From Gudongella sp. (GTDB taxonomy: Bacteria > Bacillota > Clostridia > Tissierellales > Tissierellaceae): DNA of 64,000 nt. The notes beneath the pieces are model-generated. The model ran no database searches. It saw only the letters and a list, made by a program, of their open reading frames with translations, and was not told the DNA's origin. The translations under genes were made by a program, and so were the position numbers. This document shows, piece after piece, positions 61,300 through 64,000 of this stretch. Position 1 is the stretch's first letter. The number at the start of each line of letters is the position of its first letter. The stretch is from assembly GCA_034004165.1 (NCBI GenBank), contig JAVEXI010000001.1, positions 3,450 to 67,449 on the forward strand, read 5' to 3'.

Positions 61300-62250
61300 A
61301 TGGCAGTGAAGAGAGATAATTATCGTACTCTGGCAGAAAAATTCTATTATGCTGGAGATTTAGAAAAATCACTTGAAATGTACAAAAAGGCATTAAGTCA
61401 CAAGGGCAATCCCGAGGGGGATTGCCTCTTGATGTTCAATATAGGAGCAATATTTCTGGAATTAGGAAATATCAATGAAGCTAAGTTCTATAATGAGCAA
61501 GCCCTCGAAAAAGATCAAAATTTTAGGGATGCTCACTACCAACTTGGGGTAATATATGAAGAACTGAACAATCAAAATCTTGCTTATAGACATTACTATA
61601 AAGCATCAGAACTGGATCAAACTGATACTGAAAGTCGATATAATATGGCCCTTATAAATGAAAAAATGGGCGATTATTCAGAAATGAATAGATTATATGA
61701 TGAAATTCTAAAAATTAATCCAGATCATTATTACGCTCTTAATAACCTGGGATCTCAATTGGAGTCGCAAGGGAAATATGAGGAAGCTTATTTATATATT
61801 AAGAAGAGCATAGATGCTAATCCAGATTTTTACTTGTCTCACTTTAATATGGCCGTTGTACTAAAAGCTCTTGGTAGAGGAGAAGAAGCTCTTAATGAAT
61901 ATAGTATTTCAAAAGAGTTGGAGCCTTTGCATGGGAGCACATATCTTAATATGTCAGCATATTATATTGAAAACAATATGATAGAAGAGGCTATTGCAGT
62001 ACTTTCAGAAGGAATATCATACGTACCAGATGCTTTTGATCTCTATTATAATAGAGCGTGCTGCTACACAAAAATTGATATGCCTGATAATGCAGTCCGT
62101 GATATAGGAAAAGCATTGGAACAAAATCCCTATCTGGTAGTTTGGGTTAACAGAGACAAGGACTTTGATAGTCTAAGAAACAATTCAGGCTTTATAGCTT
62201 TTGTAGACAAAGCTTTTCAGGCAATAGAGAAAGGAAGAGAAACGAAATGA
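61300..62250 (+). CDS. Tetratricopeptide-repeat protein
   Basis: About 316 aa of consecutive 34-residue TPR units (A..Y...L...P......N.G). ATG 61300 preferred; GTG 61291 is possible. Confidence 0.8.
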   Translation: MAVKRDNYRTLAEKFYYAGDLEKSLEMYKKALSHKGNPEGDCLLMFNIGAIFLELGNINEAKFYNEQALEKDQNFRDAHYQLGVIYEELNNQNLAYRHYYKASELDQTDTESRYNMALINEKMGDYSEMNRLYDEILKINPDHYYALNNLGSQLESQGKYEEAYLYIKKSIDANPDFYLSHFNMAVVLKALGRGEEALNEYSISKELEPLHGSTYLNMSAYYIENNMIEEAIAVLSEGISYVPDAFDLYYNRACCYTKIDMPDNAVRDIGKALEQNPYLVVWVNRDKDFDSLRNNSGFIAFVDKAFQAIEKGRETK

Positions 62251-63008
62251 TTGTAATTAAGACAATGGATGAGATAGAAAAAATGAAAAAAGCAGGCGAA
62301 ATTCTCGCAGACGTACACAAAGAGATTGCAAAGATGATTAAACCAGGAATATCTACTATGGAAATAGACCAGTTTGTTGAGCGCTATCTCGCAGAAAGGG
62401 GTGCTTTCCCCGAGCAAAAGGGATACCAAGGATATCCCTATGCAACCTGTGCTTCAATAAATGACGAAATATGCCATGGATTTCCAAGAGAAGACTTACT
62501 TAAGGAAGGAGATATCCTTGCAATTGACATGGTTGTAAATTACGATGGATGGTTGGCAGACTCTGCCTGGAGTTATGCCGTTGGTGAAGTATCTGAGGAA
62601 GCCAAAATGCTCCTTGAAACAACTAAAAAATCTATGTATCTCGGCATAGAACAAGCAGTTGTTGGAAACAGGCTTGGGGACATAGGACATGCAATTCAGT
62701 CTTATGTAGAATCTAAAGGTTATTCTGTTGTAAAAGATTTTGTTGGTCATGGAATTGGGAGAAAAATGCACGAAGACCCACAGGTTCCTCACTATGGAAA
62801 GCCTGGGAGAGGTGTCAGGCTGGTGGAAGGAATGGTTATTACAATCGAACCTATGATTAATGCGGGAAGATATGAAATGAAGCTAGATGGGAACAAGTGG
62901 ACTGCTAGAACAGTTGATGGGAGTTTATCAGCACAGTATGAACATACAATTGCAATTACAAGTGATGGGCCACTGATACTTACAGACCAGGGAGAGCCCA
63001 GAGATTAA
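62247..63008 (+). CDS. map: Methionine aminopeptidase type I
   Basis: 253 aa; metal ligands in D..D, H, E, E contexts (DMVVNYDGWLADSA, GHGIG, TIEP, YEHT). Confidence 0.93.
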   Translation: MIVIKTMDEIEKMKKAGEILADVHKEIAKMIKPGISTMEIDQFVERYLAERGAFPEQKGYQGYPYATCASINDEICHGFPREDLLKEGDILAIDMVVNYDGWLADSAWSYAVGEVSEEAKMLLETTKKSMYLGIEQAVVGNRLGDIGHAIQSYVESKGYSVVKDFVGHGIGRKMHEDPQVPHYGKPGRGVRLVEGMVITIEPMINAGRYEMKLDGNKWTARTVDGSLSAQYEHTIAITSDGPLILTDQGEPRD

Positions 63009-63023
63009 ACGGGAGGAATTCAA

Positions 63024-63665
63024 ATGACTGGTGGATATACAAAGCGCGAAGAACTTTTCAATAGCCTTACTCACGGTGCAGGTGTCCTGTTTGGAGTTGG
63101 GGCTCTAATAGCTATGCTTGCAATAGCTATTAGAAGCAGGGATGTTTCAAAGATAACAGCATTTTCTGTATATGGAGCATGTATTATTCTGATGTTTCTA
63201 TCTTCAACGCTTTATCATTCAATCTCTAATAAGAAAGCTAAGAAAATCCTCAGAGTCTTTGATCATAGCTCAATATTTTTATTTATAGCAGGAACATATA
63301 CTCCAGTTGTTGTACTTGCCTTAAGAGGAGAAATGAAGTGGTTCTTTCTTGCTGCAGTATGGACAGTTGCCATTGCAGGCATTGTTTTTAAAATTCTGAC
63401 CTATGGAAAATTTGATAAATACAAAGCGATATCGTTGATAATATACATTGGAATGGGGTGGCTTGCCATTCTACCGATAAAGATGATTATACAAGAAACG
63501 TCATGGGGATTCTTTGGTTATATTCTTGCGGGCGGAATTCTCTATTCGCTTGGAACAATTTTTTATGCTATTAAAAAAATCCCTCATCACCACAGCATTT
63601 GGCATTTATTTGTCCTTTCAGCAAGTGTGATACATTTCATAGGTATAATTTATTATTTAAGCTGA
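63024..63665 (+). CDS. Hemolysin III / PAQR-family membrane protein
   Basis: 213 aa; 7 TM segments, motifs SSTLYH, DHSSI, HxxxH (HHHSIWH). Confidence 0.85.
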   Translation: MTGGYTKREELFNSLTHGAGVLFGVGALIAMLAIAIRSRDVSKITAFSVYGACIILMFLSSTLYHSISNKKAKKILRVFDHSSIFLFIAGTYTPVVVLALRGEMKWFFLAAVWTVAIAGIVFKILTYGKFDKYKAISLIIYIGMGWLAILPIKMIIQETSWGFFGYILAGGILYSLGTIFYAIKKIPHHHSIWHLFVLSASVIHFIGIIYYLS

Positions 63666-63705
63666 AACAGGACTCAATCTGGAGGACGACATGGGAGGAT
63701 AGTTA

Positions 63706-64000
63706 ATGGGAAATGAACTCAAACTGACAGAAGGAAATATAATCGGAACGCTTACCCGTTTGGCAATTCCAATTATGGGAACCTCTTTCATTCAAATGGC
63801 ATATAATTTAACAGATGTAATGTGGCTTGGACGACTTGATACAAAAGCAGTGGCAGGTGCAGGAACAGCAGGGTTCTTTCTGTGGTTTGCAGCTTCTCTT
63901 GTGATGATTTCTCAGATAGGCGTAGGAGTTAACGTGTCTCAAAGCCTAGGCAGGGGAGATAGGGAAGAAGCAAAACGATATATTAGTTCAGGATATCAGG
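63706..64000 (+). CDS. MATE-family efflux transporter (5-prime partial, truncated by the window end)
   Basis: MGNELKLTEGNIIGTLTRLAIPIMGTSFIQMAYNLTDVMWLGRL is the typical MATE N-terminus. ATG lies 6 nt after GGGAGGA. Confidence 0.8.
   Translation, partial: MGNELKLTEGNIIGTLTRLAIPIMGTSFIQMAYNLTDVMWLGRLDTKAVAGAGTAGFFLWFAASLVMISQIGVGVNVSQSLGRGDREEAKRYISSGYQ

Noticed and set aside
1-64000. Screen for CRISPR arrays, IS/transposase genes, integrases, prophage genes, toxin-antitoxin pairs, restriction-modification or other defence modules, and rRNA
   Set aside because: I recognised none. Apart from the DnaA-box array, there are no direct-repeat arrays, no recombinase-like ORFs and no compositional break visible by eye. 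The window reads as conserved core chromosome.

Overview
The window looks like core chromosome from an AT-rich, low-GC Firmicute, probably an amino-acid-fermenting Clostridia/Tissierellia-type anaerobe. Almost every gene is on the + strand. In order, it holds: the end of the ribosomal alpha operon (rpsK-rpsD-rpoA-rplQ); ecfA1-ecfA2-ecfT-truA; rplM-rpsI; an AKR/Fe-S oxidoreductase; a complete glycine-cleavage operon (gcvT-H-PA-PB-lpdA); and a heterodimeric ABC exporter pair. Next comes a redox and sulfur stress cluster: ferritin, an ArsR-family regulator, CoA-disulfide reductase-rhodanese, TusA-DsrE and rubrerythrin. Then follow capA and cdaA-cdaR, which run directly into buk-ptb-buk, a P-loop NTPase and a four-subunit 2-oxoacid:ferredoxin oxidoreductase. 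After that come a type II fatty-acid synthesis cluster, cca-glmM-degV, tRNA-Leu(UAG), tig-clpP-clpX-lon-engB, a rubredoxin gene too short for the ORF track, and typA, cls, pepT, a UvrD-like helicase, map and other housekeeping genes. I saw no CRISPR array, transposase, integrase, prophage or rRNA, and I cannot identify an obvious novel multi-gene system. The items most worth a second look are: (1) TusA-DsrE coding sequence with no start codon, lying in the -1 frame behind a G_GGA_AAG_TAG motif at the end of the CoADR-rhodanese gene, which is either a candidate programmed frameshift or a 1-nt indel; (2) a dense tandem DnaA-box cluster downstream of rpsI; (3) a terminator-like hairpin with a U8 tract inside the leader of the ABC exporter operon; (4) loss of the conserved cdaA-cdaR-glmM linkage; and (5) an uncharacterised P-loop NTPase inside the buk/oxidoreductase operon. 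All functional calls come from motif recognition by eye, and no database search was run.
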